In this document: one piece after another, positions 1 to 8,720 of the stretch
Position numbering within the stretch: the stretch's first letter is position 1
Layout of the letters: each line of letters opens with the position of its first letter
NCBI GenBank assembly: GCA_002449265.1
Contig: DKCV01000025.1
Coordinates: 79,955 to 143,954 of the forward strand
DNA length: 64,000 bases
Reading direction: 5' to 3'
DNA from: Bacillales bacterium UBA6865
GTDB taxonomy: Bacteria; Bacillota_I; Bacilli_A; RFN20; CAG-826
The notes under the pieces: generated by a model
Told to the model about the DNA's origin: nothing
Database searches by the model: none
The model's input: only the letters and a program-made list of their open reading frames with translations
Program-made: the position numbers and the translations under genes

Positions 1-210
1 GTTTTAAGCATTGCAAGCGCAACGCTCATGCTATTCGGAAAGCAGTTCTTCCTCTCCAGTAACGCTTTCGATTATAGCGGCGAAACATCATTGGACGGAA
101 CTTTTGCGATAGGTACAGCACTTATCGCAAATGCGGTCTTCATGTATCTAGCTGGCGCTACTTCTTTATTAGGCGCTTACACAAATCGCCCAAGCAAAGA
201 AGAAGAATAA
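1..210 (+). CDS. C-terminal fragment of a hydrophobic (membrane?) protein; 5' end lies outside the window
   Basis: Frame 1 is open from base 1 to the TAA at 208-210. Gly/Ala/Leu-rich tail. No family recognised. Confidence 0.3.
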   Translation, partial: VLSIASATLMLFGKQFFLSSNAFDYSGETSLDGTFAIGTALIANAVFMYLAGATSLLGAYTNRPSKEEE

Positions 211-219
211 TTTCTTGCA

Positions 220-690
220 TCATTTGCGATTATGACCCGGTTGAAACAAAGCCGGGTTTTCTTTTGCTTTTGTCCATCCACGTTCTTTAAGTGCCATAAC
301 TACCACTTCCGCGCACCGATGAGGATCTTCATTAATTTCGTTTCCCCAGAAGCGGATTACGAAATACCCTTGTTCCTCTAGCTTCTGATTCACTTCTTTG
401 TCGCGAGCAATATTACGTTCAATCTTTGGAATCCAGTAATCTAGATTTTTATGAATTTTAGTTTTGTTTTCTTCAAAGTGATAGCCGTGCCAAAACTCGC
501 TATCGCAAAAAACCGCAACCTTGTATTTTTGGATAGAAATATCAGGATGCCCATATACATAGCGGGTATTGTGACGATAACGAACGCCCATGCGATAAAG
601 TTCTTTTCTTAAAGCAATTTCAATGCCCGTATTTTTCCCTCGGATCCGGCTCATGACGTAAGAAATTGTCTCTTTGCTGCGTTCTTTCAT
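220..690 (-). CDS. vsr: Very-short-patch repair (T/G mismatch) endonuclease, Vsr family
   Basis: N-terminal SRIRGKNTGIE, PDISIQKYKVAVFCDSEFWHG and IERNIARDKEV..L...G..VIRFWG follow the Vsr motif order. Length is typical at 156 aa. Confidence 0.85.
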   Translation of the reverse strand: MKERSKETISYVMSRIRGKNTGIEIALRKELYRMGVRYRHNTRYVYGHPDISIQKYKVAVFCDSEFWHGYHFEENKTKIHKNLDYWIPKIERNIARDKEVNQKLEEQGYFVIRFWGNEINEDPHRCAEVVVMALKERGWTKAKENPALFQPGHNRK

Positions 691-696
691 AGGCCT

Positions 697-702
697 ATCA
701 TA
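697..702 (-). promoter_or_regulatory. -10 box TATGAT, 6 nt upstream of the vsr ATG (candidate leaderless promoter)
   Basis: Minus strand reads TATGAT-AGGCCT-ATG. No SD sequence is present. Confidence 0.4.
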
Positions 703-710
703 CTCTTTCG

Positions 711-719
711 TGATACTCT
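711..719 (+). promoter_or_regulatory. Extended -10 TGaTACTCT, 6 nt upstream of the GNAT GTG start (candidate leaderless)
   Basis: TGATACTCT-ATTCCT-GTG(726). No SD sequence is present. Confidence 0.35.
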
Positions 720-725
720 ATTCCT

Positions 726-1256
726 GTGATAACGATAAGAAAAGCCAAAGAAATAGATAAATCGAAACTATTGAAACTAGTCCGTCGAATTGAAGGAAGC
801 GCAAAATATGAAGATATTATTTTCCCTCTTCCTTCGCTTAGCGAAAAAGAAATAGACGAGTACATCCAAAGAGGTGAGGCGTTCATTGTTAACGAAAAAG
901 GAACAATCATCTCATTAGTCATCGTGCAAAAAGACGTAAGTTCTTATTTCTATCCGAATAGTCACGATGAAGGAAAGCTCATGGAAATCGTCGCGAAAAC
1001 CGACGCAAGAATGAGTGAAGATATGGTTGCACTTGTGTTTTTAGGCACTGACCCAATGTATCGAAATAAAGGTATCGCATCCTCTTTTCTCCAGTACCTT
1101 GAAGCAAGTTTCCCACGTTTTTTATTCTTAACTTCATTAGATACTTCTAATCAAGCTGGTATTGAATATCTCCGCAAAAAAGGCTACAAAAAAGTAGATT
1201 TAGAAGAATTTGAATTTTCTAGCGTTAAGCAGCAACTATTATTCAAGCGAACTTAG
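726..1256 (+). CDS. GNAT-family N-acetyltransferase
   Basis: MITIRKAKEID N-terminus and a GTDPMYRNKGIASSFL acetyl-CoA binding (Q/R-x-x-G-x-G/A-like) motif. GTG start. Confidence 0.75.
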   Translation: MITIRKAKEIDKSKLLKLVRRIEGSAKYEDIIFPLPSLSEKEIDEYIQRGEAFIVNEKGTIISLVIVQKDVSSYFYPNSHDEGKLMEIVAKTDARMSEDMVALVFLGTDPMYRNKGIASSFLQYLEASFPRFLFLTSLDTSNQAGIEYLRKKGYKKVDLEEFEFSSVKQQLLFKRT

Positions 1257-1257
1257 A

Positions 1258-2997
1258 TTAATGACTAAATTGAGATTCATATAGCTCGTAATAGAATCCT
1301 TTTTTCGCAAGCAAGTCCTTATGATTGCCTTGCTCAATGATTTTGCCATCTTTCATAACCAATATAAGGTCACTTCGCGCAATCGTGGATAAACGGTGGG
1401 CCACAACAAAACTTGTTTTGCCTTTCATGAGTTCATCAAAGGACTTCGAAAGAAGGCTTTCGGTACGAATGTCGATATTGCTCGTCGCTTCATCTAGAAT
1501 GACCACTTCGGGAGAAAGAAGCATAACGCGCGCCACACATAGGAGCTGCTTTTCCCCTAAAGATAAGCCACTACTATCGGTAATATAAGTGTTATATCCT
1601 TCAGGAAGACGCTCAATAAAGTCAGCAGCCTGGGCTTTTTTGGCCGCTTCTTTTACTTCTTCTAAGGAGGCACCAGGTTTAGCGTAAGCGATATTCTCAT
1701 AAACCGTCCCTGCAAAGATCCAAGTATCTTGTAGCACCATCCCTAAATGCTTACGATAGGCGCTTTTTTCTAATTCTAATGTCGAAATGCCATTGGTAGA
1801 AAAACATCCAATTTGTGGGTCATAGAAGCGCATTAGCAAATTGATAATCGTGGTTTTGCCGCACCCCGTTGGACCAACAAGAGCGACTTTCTCGCCTTTA
1901 TGAACCGAAATAGAGAAATCATCAATGATCTTTCGCGAATTATCATAGGAAAAATCAAGATGGCTCGCTTCAAAGTTCTCGATGTCACCATCGATGACTT
2001 TCGTTCCTTTATTAACGTCTTTTTCGGCGTGAATCGCATCGTTAATGCGTTTAAAAGAAGCGAAAGCAAAATTAATCTCGCTAACGACATCGCTGATTTC
2101 ATTGAATGGTGCCATGTAATTACTTGCATAAACCAAGAAACTAGAAAGGTCACCCACCAAGAAAGCAATTCCTAAATTAATGTCTTTTACAATGAATATC
2201 GCCCCAACAGTAATCACCGCAGCGTTGATGAGGTTATTTACTAAACGTGTGGAAGGATTAATCAAAGAAGCGCCAAAAGAAGCGCGGAATACGTTTTTCC
2301 GGAAATCTTCATTCAAAGAAGAAAATTCTTTCTTCCGTTCGCTAGACAAATTCAAAGTGGAAATCGTTTCACTATTATTGAGCGATTCAAGTCCGAACGC
2401 GTGAATTTTTCCTGCGCTTGCCGCTTGCGCTTTAAAGTATTTCGAATTCCATTTACTTACGAATTTGCTGACGACCATTGATAAAGGGGTTAAGCCAACA
2501 ACAAGCAAGGCAAGTGCCCAGTTAATTGTGAACATGAAAACAATCGTCAGAATAATGGCGACAATTCCGTCAAATAAAGCAGCGCCCCCACTCACTAAGC
2601 CGTTTTGGACGTTTTCAACGTCATTGACCAAACGTAAAAGCAAATTGCCCTTTTCGTTTTTGTCTAAATAAGATACGGACGTATGAAGATAGCTTTTATA
2701 TACTTCATCACGAAGTTCTTTGGTGATGACTTGTCCAACATAAGAAGTTAGATAATCGAAGAAATAGCGGAAAATCGTGCCTAAAACTAAGCAAATCGCC
2801 ATTACAAGGATATACACGTTTAACACATTGAAATCGACATTACTAAACTCGCACTTGGATAAATAGTTAACGGCTTTCCCCGCAAGTAGAGGAATGAATA
2901 ATTTACTTCCAATCGAAATAAAGGCGAATAATAAAGCAAAGAAAATCTTGCCTTTGCATTTCCCTAAATAAGGTTTAAGAATCTTAAAGTCTTTCAT
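1258..2997 (-). CDS. ABC exporter half-transporter (fused TMD-NBD), heterodimer partner 2
   Basis: Six-TM N-terminal half, Walker A GPTGCGKTT, signature LSLGEKQ, Walker B VVILDEATS. 4-nt overlap with the upstream ABC gene. Confidence 0.9.
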   Translation of the reverse strand: MKDFKILKPYLGKCKGKIFFALLFAFISIGSKLFIPLLAGKAVNYLSKCEFSNVDFNVLNVYILVMAICLVLGTIFRYFFDYLTSYVGQVITKELRDEVYKSYLHTSVSYLDKNEKGNLLLRLVNDVENVQNGLVSGGAALFDGIVAIILTIVFMFTINWALALLVVGLTPLSMVVSKFVSKWNSKYFKAQAASAGKIHAFGLESLNNSETISTLNLSSERKKEFSSLNEDFRKNVFRASFGASLINPSTRLVNNLINAAVITVGAIFIVKDINLGIAFLVGDLSSFLVYASNYMAPFNEISDVVSEINFAFASFKRINDAIHAEKDVNKGTKVIDGDIENFEASHLDFSYDNSRKIIDDFSISVHKGEKVALVGPTGCGKTTIINLLMRFYDPQIGCFSTNGISTLELEKSAYRKHLGMVLQDTWIFAGTVYENIAYAKPGASLEEVKEAAKKAQAADFIERLPEGYNTYITDSSGLSLGEKQLLCVARVMLLSPEVVILDEATSNIDIRTESLLSKSFDELMKGKTSFVVAHRLSTIARSDLILVMKDGKIIEQGNHKDLLAKKGFYYELYESQFSH

Positions 2998-4721
2998 CGA
3001 TTTGCCACCTGCATTTCATAAATATCGCGATAAATCTCGCATTCTTTTAATAAGGATTCATGAGTTCCTCTCGCAACGATTTCACCCTTATCCATCACCA
3101 AGATAAGAGAGGAGTCCGAAAGAGTCGTCGCCCGTTGAGAAACGATAATCTTCGTTAAATTTGGTCGTTTATTGATGTTTTCGCGGACTTTTTTATCGCT
3201 TAGATAATCAAGCGCACTTGTGGAATCGTCTAGTATCAAGATATCGCCACCCTTTAATAAGGCGCGCGCAATGAGTAGGCGCTGCTTCTGCCCTCCACTA
3301 AGATTCGCGCCAGCTTCTTCCACTTCATGATCAAGAAAATCTTTATAGCGAGAAACATATTCATAAGCCAAGGAATCTTTTAAAGCTTGGACCATTTCTT
3401 CTTCGGTCGCATTTTGTTTACCTAGCAAAAGATTCGAACGAATCGTTCCTTTGAATAGGGATGGTTTTTGGCTCACTAAAGAGATTTCTTCATGAAGAGA
3501 ATTCAAATCATATTGTTTTAAATCATGCCCCCGATAGGAAATATATCCTTCGCTAGGATCATATAAACGCTCCAATAAAGCGATAAGGGTACTTTTTCCA
3601 CTTCCCGTTCCACCGATAATGCCGATAGAATCGCCTCGATTCACTTCAAACGACAAGTGGCTAACAGCTGGTTTTCCGTCTCCTCCATACGATAAAGAAA
3701 CGTCATGGAATGCAAACAAAGGTTGGGATTCGTTACCTTCTTTGTGATAAGTCCCTTCGTTAAGAATGGAAGGCTCAATCGCAAAAAAATCATTGATTCT
3801 TTTCATGCTTGCTTTCGCGCGATTTAAAGAAACAATCATCCTTGAAAACATCACCAAAGCGTTAAGTACGAGTGTTAAAAAGGAAATTAAAGAAACGATT
3901 TTACCCGTTGTTAAGGTTCCATCATTAACCGCCAATCCGCCTAAATAAACCACTAAAACCATTCCGGCATTCACAAAGAAAAAGGTCAAAGGATTAATGA
4001 AGGCATTAAGTTTAGCAATCGATAGCGATTTCTTCTTATATGATTCGCTTGAAGCAACGAATTTCTTTTCTTCATAATCTTCTTTATCAAAAGCGCGAAT
4101 CGGTCGCGCCCCTTTTAAAGCGTCGCTTCCTAAGGAAGATATTTCGTCAAGGTTAGTTTGCACAAGGGCGTATTTTTTCGGAGATAAGACAATAACGAGC
4201 GTGATGACTAAGCTAGAAAAAATAACAACACCTAAGAAAACTAAACCAGCTCGCCAATCAAGCAAGAAAGAAATAATCGTCGCCCCAATAATCAAAAAAG
4301 GAGGTCTTAAAAACAAGCGCATGAACATCATGACGCCGTTTTGCATCGAAAAGGAGTCATTGCTTAATAAGGTAAGTACTTTTGGTTTTCCAAATGCATT
4401 CAATTGTTTTTCACTTAGGGAAGAAACGTGCTCATAAATCTCTTCTTTTAAGTCATGCCCATAATCGGCGGAAACGCGGGCAGCGAAATATTGGGCGACC
4501 ATCGTAACGCCAAAGGCTACAAAAGAAAGCAAAAATAAAAGGAGCCCCATCCAAAGAACGTAATCGAAGTCGTTATTCTTAATACCGTTATCAATAATGA
4601 AACGAACGATAAATGGCGTCGCTAGTTCGATAACGCATTCAATGAGTTTTAAAAATGGAGCAACCCAAAATCGAAAAGAATACTTTTTTAGTGCCGATAA
4701 GGCAGTATGTTTATTTTTCAT
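2994..4721 (-). CDS. ABC exporter half-transporter (fused TMD-NBD), heterodimer partner 1
   Basis: Walker A GGTGSGKST, signature LSGGQKQR, Walker B ILILDDSTS, with an N-terminal TM domain. Confidence 0.9.
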   Translation of the reverse strand: MKNKHTALSALKKYSFRFWVAPFLKLIECVIELATPFIVRFIIDNGIKNNDFDYVLWMGLLLFLLSFVAFGVTMVAQYFAARVSADYGHDLKEEIYEHVSSLSEKQLNAFGKPKVLTLLSNDSFSMQNGVMMFMRLFLRPPFLIIGATIISFLLDWRAGLVFLGVVIFSSLVITLVIVLSPKKYALVQTNLDEISSLGSDALKGARPIRAFDKEDYEEKKFVASSESYKKKSLSIAKLNAFINPLTFFFVNAGMVLVVYLGGLAVNDGTLTTGKIVSLISFLTLVLNALVMFSRMIVSLNRAKASMKRINDFFAIEPSILNEGTYHKEGNESQPLFAFHDVSLSYGGDGKPAVSHLSFEVNRGDSIGIIGGTGSGKSTLIALLERLYDPSEGYISYRGHDLKQYDLNSLHEEISLVSQKPSLFKGTIRSNLLLGKQNATEEEMVQALKDSLAYEYVSRYKDFLDHEVEEAGANLSGGQKQRLLIARALLKGGDILILDDSTSALDYLSDKKVRENINKRPNLTKIIVSQRATTLSDSSLILVMDKGEIVARGTHESLLKECEIYRDIYEMQVANR

Positions 4722-6091
4722 GCGTCAATTTCGCCTTTCTTGTCTATTTCTTTTGTAGTCTTTTCTATGCGAATAAAGGAAATGGAAGCAACTACTTCCG
4801 TTTCTTCCCCATATCCCGATAGAAAGGTCCAACTCGTATCGTTATCCCCAATCACGCGGTCATAAACGCGATTTTTCCCAACGCGAACAGAGGCAACACC
4901 AGCAAAAACCCAGTGGATGGAACCCGGGACAAACCCGCAATATAAGCTCGCGATATCCACGATAAGAGGGGGTAAACTATATTTCACATCAAATTCGAAA
5001 GTGTGTTCGTCTTCATTGAATTCCCCTGGTGAAAATTCGTTCTTTAATAGAACTGGAGAATCTGGATTAAGGGAAAGAAGAGAATCCGAGAAGGTATCAT
5101 TATCAAAAATCGGATCTTGATGGGTTGCACCTACTTCCGTAGCGATACGACTAATATTAGAAGAAACTAAAGCGGATATTTCCTTGTCATCCCCTTCTAA
5201 CGGATGAACATTTCCTTCTAAGCGATAAGCAAATTCCGCTAATAAGTAGAACCGCAAAGCGCTGGGCTTATCGATTTTTGTTCCTAGTCCTTCTTCATAA
5301 GCTTTACCAAGACGGAAACATAGGCCAGGGAAAATATTGATATCTTTCCCCAGGGATAACGAGAAACGCTGATAGCACTCTTCCCAAATGGAAGTGAGGA
5401 TATTAAACGCAAAATCAGGATCAGAATTAGTGCCAATCGCATCACGGTAGCAATCAGAAAAATGGATTAAAGCGTTTAAACTCCCCATGGCCATACCTTT
5501 TGAAAACGCTTCATAAGCGCCAGAAGCATCAACTTTTCCTAGTGCTCCCGAAGCGCTTAAAATTCCTAGGCGAGTCAAGGCATCGCCATCGTATTTCAAG
5601 GAAGAAGAAGCGTAATAAGAAAATGCGGTTGCTGGATCTTTTTCCGTGAATTCATCACCGAATTCATAAAGTTCCCCTAAAGCGTAAGAAGAATCGGCAT
5701 CTCCTAAACTACTAAGCAAAGACAAATATTGAATGTATAAGCTCTCATTGGTTTTCTTATGAGTGATTTTGCCTTCTTGATAACGGGAAATGTATTTTTT
5801 CGCAGCATCAGGATGCTTACTCATATAGTCTTCGCCAAAGAAAGCGAGATTAAGCGCTTTTAGGGTTTCTTTATCCAGAGGTTCTCCCCCATTATCCCCA
5901 ATCACCGTGTCCATTCCGCATTCTGGGCAAATCGCGCTCATTCCACGTTCATCGTTCACCCAATCATTTACCGCTCTAGCGTCATAATGCTGACGGCAAA
6001 AAATACAGGAACAGGTTTTGCTATGAAGGATTTCAATTTCGTTATTATGCGTGTGCTTTTGAAGTTCGGTTAATTTATGGTCTATTGCCAT
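4718..6091 (-). CDS. Cytoplasmic protein: N-terminal Cys-rich zinc ribbon, Sel1-like (TPR-type) repeats and a beta-rich C-terminal domain
   Basis: C27/C29/C32...C55-x2-C58 (CSCIFC...CPECG). Repeats of the type YALGELYEFG...A..YY and LGKAYEEGLGTKIDKPSALRFY. 4-nt overlap with the downstream ABC gene. Confidence 0.55.
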   Translation of the reverse strand: MAIDHKLTELQKHTHNNEIEILHSKTCSCIFCRQHYDARAVNDWVNDERGMSAICPECGMDTVIGDNGGEPLDKETLKALNLAFFGEDYMSKHPDAAKKYISRYQEGKITHKKTNESLYIQYLSLLSSLGDADSSYALGELYEFGDEFTEKDPATAFSYYASSSLKYDGDALTRLGILSASGALGKVDASGAYEAFSKGMAMGSLNALIHFSDCYRDAIGTNSDPDFAFNILTSIWEECYQRFSLSLGKDINIFPGLCFRLGKAYEEGLGTKIDKPSALRFYLLAEFAYRLEGNVHPLEGDDKEISALVSSNISRIATEVGATHQDPIFDNDTFSDSLLSLNPDSPVLLKNEFSPGEFNEDEHTFEFDVKYSLPPLIVDIASLYCGFVPGSIHWVFAGVASVRVGKNRVYDRVIGDNDTSWTFLSGYGEETEVVASISFIRIEKTTKEIDKKGEIDA

Positions 6092-6097
6092 AAATAA

Positions 6098-6106
6098 ACT
6101 ATATCA
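6098..6106 (-). promoter_or_regulatory. Extended -10 TGaTATAGT, 6 nt upstream of ATG 6091 (candidate leaderless promoter of the Sel1/ABC operon)
   Basis: Minus strand reads TGATATAGT-TTATTT-ATG. No SD sequence is present. Confidence 0.45.
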
Positions 6107-6110
6107 CAAT

Positions 6111-6130
6111 CTAACACGCGCTAACACGCG
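6111..6130. repeat. Perfect tandem duplication CTAACACGCG x2 in the promoter region
   Basis: ctaacacgcg ctaacacgcg, followed by cacg. It is GC-rich within AT-rich spacer and sits at the -35 position of the 6098-6106 promoter. Confidence 0.8.
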
Positions 6131-6154
6131 CACGAAAGGAAAATAAAACGAGAT

Positions 6155-6565
6155 TTAGAAAGAAAGCCCTTTCGTCATTTTGGCAAGAACTTTGTCAAAA
6201 TCTAGACTCAATTGCTCCTGAGAAAGATTCTCTTTTCTTGTCCAAAAAATCGGTCCTTCCGCGCTAGAGGAAAGCGAGCCATCATAGTGGTTCGTCCGAA
6301 ATAAAACGCACAGATGCCGAACCTTTTGCTCAGGAATGTTCCATTCGAATGTGCCCACTTCTTCTAAACAAGAAATAAATAAACCCGTTTCTTCTTTGAT
6401 TTCGCGAATCGCGGATTCTTCTAACGATTCTTCATCTTCAACGTGGCCACCAGGGAAATTGATACCAGGCCAATCCTTTTTTAGACGCTTCTCCACTAAA
6501 AAGGAGCCATCGTCTCGATAAACCATCACCATATTCGTCAAAATAATCTTGGATTCTCTACTCAT
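6155..6565 (-). CDS. Nudix hydrolase
   Basis: Complete Nudix box GHVEDEESLEESAIREIKEETGL (G-x5-E-x7-REUxEExGU). Confidence 0.85.
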   Translation of the reverse strand: MSRESKIILTNMVMVYRDDGSFLVEKRLKKDWPGINFPGGHVEDEESLEESAIREIKEETGLFISCLEEVGTFEWNIPEQKVRHLCVLFRTNHYDGSLSSSAEGPIFWTRKENLSQEQLSLDFDKVLAKMTKGLSF

Positions 6566-6572
6566 GGTAACA

Positions 6573-6578
6573 ATTTTA
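6573..6578 (-). promoter_or_regulatory. -10 box TAAAAT, 7 nt upstream of the Nudix ATG (candidate leaderless)
   Basis: Minus strand reads TAAAAT-TGTTACC-ATG. Confidence 0.4.
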
Positions 6579-6626
6579 GCGAATATTTTTTGCGTTATGG
6601 TAATGAAGTTCTAAAATGGGAGACAT

Positions 6627-7718
6627 ATGCAAATCAAGCGATCAAAAGAAATGGGGCAAGGTATCAAAAGGCTTGTCGCGATGATGGATGAAAATGAGGC
6701 TCGCGCGGAAGCCTATAATGATTATTTATCGCATCGAAACTTTTCTATCTATAAAGTCGCAAAAAAATCATTTCAAGATGGGCTAAGCTCAAAAAAGGCT
6801 TTTTTAGAATCTACGAAGAAATATTTCCTTCCAAAAAATGGATTTTCTTTAGAAAAAGAATCATTTGATGCGATTTGTGAATTGAATTCAAAAATCTTTG
6901 CAAATAACCCATATTATGAAGCAATTCATTTTGGGAATCAGAAGAAAAACGGTTGGGAATTGCGCCAATCCTCCTATGAGCCATTCCAAGGTTTTGTTTA
7001 TAATGAAATCATCGTTAAACCCCACTCCTATTTTAAAGAAATCACTCCATTTGGTTTTTTTAAAGAAAGATTCCCTTATTTAGAAATTCTAGAAAATGAT
7101 AAAAATTGGATGAGCGTCACCCCTCACGAAATCTTAACGATGTTTACCCCGATAAAAGAGGCAAAAGGGAAGGTTCTTACTTTCGGATTAGGAATGGGTT
7201 ACTACGCTTTTATGGCTTCCATTAAAGACGATGTCAAAGAGGTCACTATTGTGGAAAAAGACAAAAACGCAATTTCACTCTTTAACGAATTCATCCTTCC
7301 GCAATTTCCTAATCGATCAAAAATTAAAATCATCCACGAAGATGCTTTTCAATTTGCTTCTACCATCACTGATAAAGAATATGACACCATATTCGTCGAC
7401 ATTTGGCATCTACCGCTTGATGGCTTATTCCTTTATCTTCCTTTTAAACGAATATTTCGTGACTTCAAGGAGACGAAAATCTCCTATTGGATTGAGAAAA
7501 GTATTCTTGCTTTATTAAGGAGAACTTTAATTATCCTTATCGATGAAGAGTATCAAAAAGAGATCAAAATCAAATACACATTCGCGGATAACGAAACTGA
7601 TGCTCTTATTAATTCCTTGCATTATCTATTACAAGAAGAAACAATTGAAAACGTTCACGATTTGTTCGTATTTTTAGAAGACGACAATTTAAAAAGAATC
7701 GCCGCGCAATTAGATTAA
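6627..7718 (+). CDS. Class-I SAM-methyltransferase / spermidine-synthase-like fold protein; substrate unknown
   Basis: VLTFGLGMGYYAF (motif I-like), VTIVEKD (acidic post-I), EDAF and DTIFVDIW. No DPPY/NPPY DNA-methyltransferase motif. Confidence 0.45.
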   Translation: MQIKRSKEMGQGIKRLVAMMDENEARAEAYNDYLSHRNFSIYKVAKKSFQDGLSSKKAFLESTKKYFLPKNGFSLEKESFDAICELNSKIFANNPYYEAIHFGNQKKNGWELRQSSYEPFQGFVYNEIIVKPHSYFKEITPFGFFKERFPYLEILENDKNWMSVTPHEILTMFTPIKEAKGKVLTFGLGMGYYAFMASIKDDVKEVTIVEKDKNAISLFNEFILPQFPNRSKIKIIHEDAFQFASTITDKEYDTIFVDIWHLPLDGLFLYLPFKRIFRDFKETKISYWIEKSILALLRRTLIILIDEEYQKEIKIKYTFADNETDALINSLHYLLQEETIENVHDLFVFLEDDNLKRIAAQLD

Positions 7719-8207
7719 AGAGTGCTTTGTCTTCGCACTCTCTTTAATAGCGGTTTCTTTATTCGGGTAAAACTCCACGTGAAGGTTAAGATCATGCCTA
7801 CGAAGAATTTTTTCTAATTTCTCGTAATGATTTTTGTTATCTTGATGATTCGCCCAGTCTTCAATTTCTTCTAAAGTGACTAGTCCATCGTGCCAAGAAT
7901 CTAATTCACCATTTCTAGCGCCTTTGAGCAATAAAGAAAGGAGGTCAGAGAAATTGAATGGTTGCAATTCCGGAACGGCGTCCCCATTCACATAATCTTC
8001 AAAAAGCATTTCTCTTAAAGTGATTTCCTTAAAGAATAGGAATAAAGAATCGAGGTCAGAAGAAATCCATCTCCCCACTTCTTTTTCTTCTTTTCCAAAA
8101 GGGGCAGCTTCTTTAGAAGAAACATATAAATATGCATCGTTTTCCGTGTGGTTTAAAATAGAATAAGGATCCACTAATGAACGAATTTTAACCCAGTCGT
8201 ATTTCAT
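7710..8207 (-). CDS. Hypothetical 165-aa acidic protein, stop-start coupled to the giant helicase gene
   Basis: The ATG lies 3 nt after the helicase TAA (GGG TAA AAG ATG). No family recognised. Its 3' end overlaps the convergent 6627-7718 CDS by 9 nt. Confidence 0.5.
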   Translation of the reverse strand: MKYDWVKIRSLVDPYSILNHTENDAYLYVSSKEAAPFGKEEKEVGRWISSDLDSLFLFFKEITLREMLFEDYVNGDAVPELQPFNFSDLLSLLLKGARNGELDSWHDGLVTLEEIEDWANHQDNKNHYEKLEKILRRHDLNLHVEFYPNKETAIKESAKTKHSLI

Positions 8208-8210
8208 CTT

Positions 8211-8720
8211 TTACCCATTCCGTCCTTTGATAAAGACATAATCATCTTCTCTAACGATATCAAGTCGTTGATTGACGTTCGCTTTTAAAGCTAAATCAAG
8301 GTGTTTGCGAGATTTTTCTTTTAAAGAAGAGAAGCCAAAGAGTGTCGAGACTTGTTTAAAGAGGTCAAGCACACTCATCTTCCCCTGTTCTAATAAGATA
8401 TCAGCAATCGCGTTTCCTAATTCGATAAAGGAAATATCGGAAATTTCTCGCCTCTCGTTTTCATCATTAAGACGATAGTAACGATATTCGTTCATCGAAC
8501 GGTCTTTGTTCCAATAGAAAGTCACGCCGCCAAGCATTTCTTTATTTGGGGCTAATTGAAGAAGGACACTATTGATGACATCACGGACGTTAGAACCGAT
8601 TCGCGTTAAGTGGTAGGCTTCGCGAATTCTTTCATCGAGAAGATGGGCTGATATTGGCGTTTCCGCATAAAGAACATTTTCAACAAAGTTCTTAAGGAAG
8701 CGAGCAGCTTCCGTCTTGTT
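8211..8720 (-). other. Domain: C-terminal DUF3320-type tail (aa ~1810-1978)
   Basis: Position and LYAETPISAHLLDERIREAY...R.G..V fit the tail usually seen on this helicase family. Recalled from memory, not verified. Confidence 0.4.

Noticed and set aside
1325-4437. Multiple 60-111-aa ORFs on both strands within the ABC exporter genes
   Set aside because: All are nested in or antisense to two full-length ABC half-transporter genes with complete motif sets. They are shadow ORFs.
6627-7718. Methyltransferase-like gene as the modification partner of the helicase-nuclease (R-M-like logic)
   Set aside because: It is convergent rather than co-oriented. It lacks DNA-MTase catalytic motifs (DPPY/NPPY or the PC motif) and looks like a spermidine-synthase/small-molecule MTase fold.
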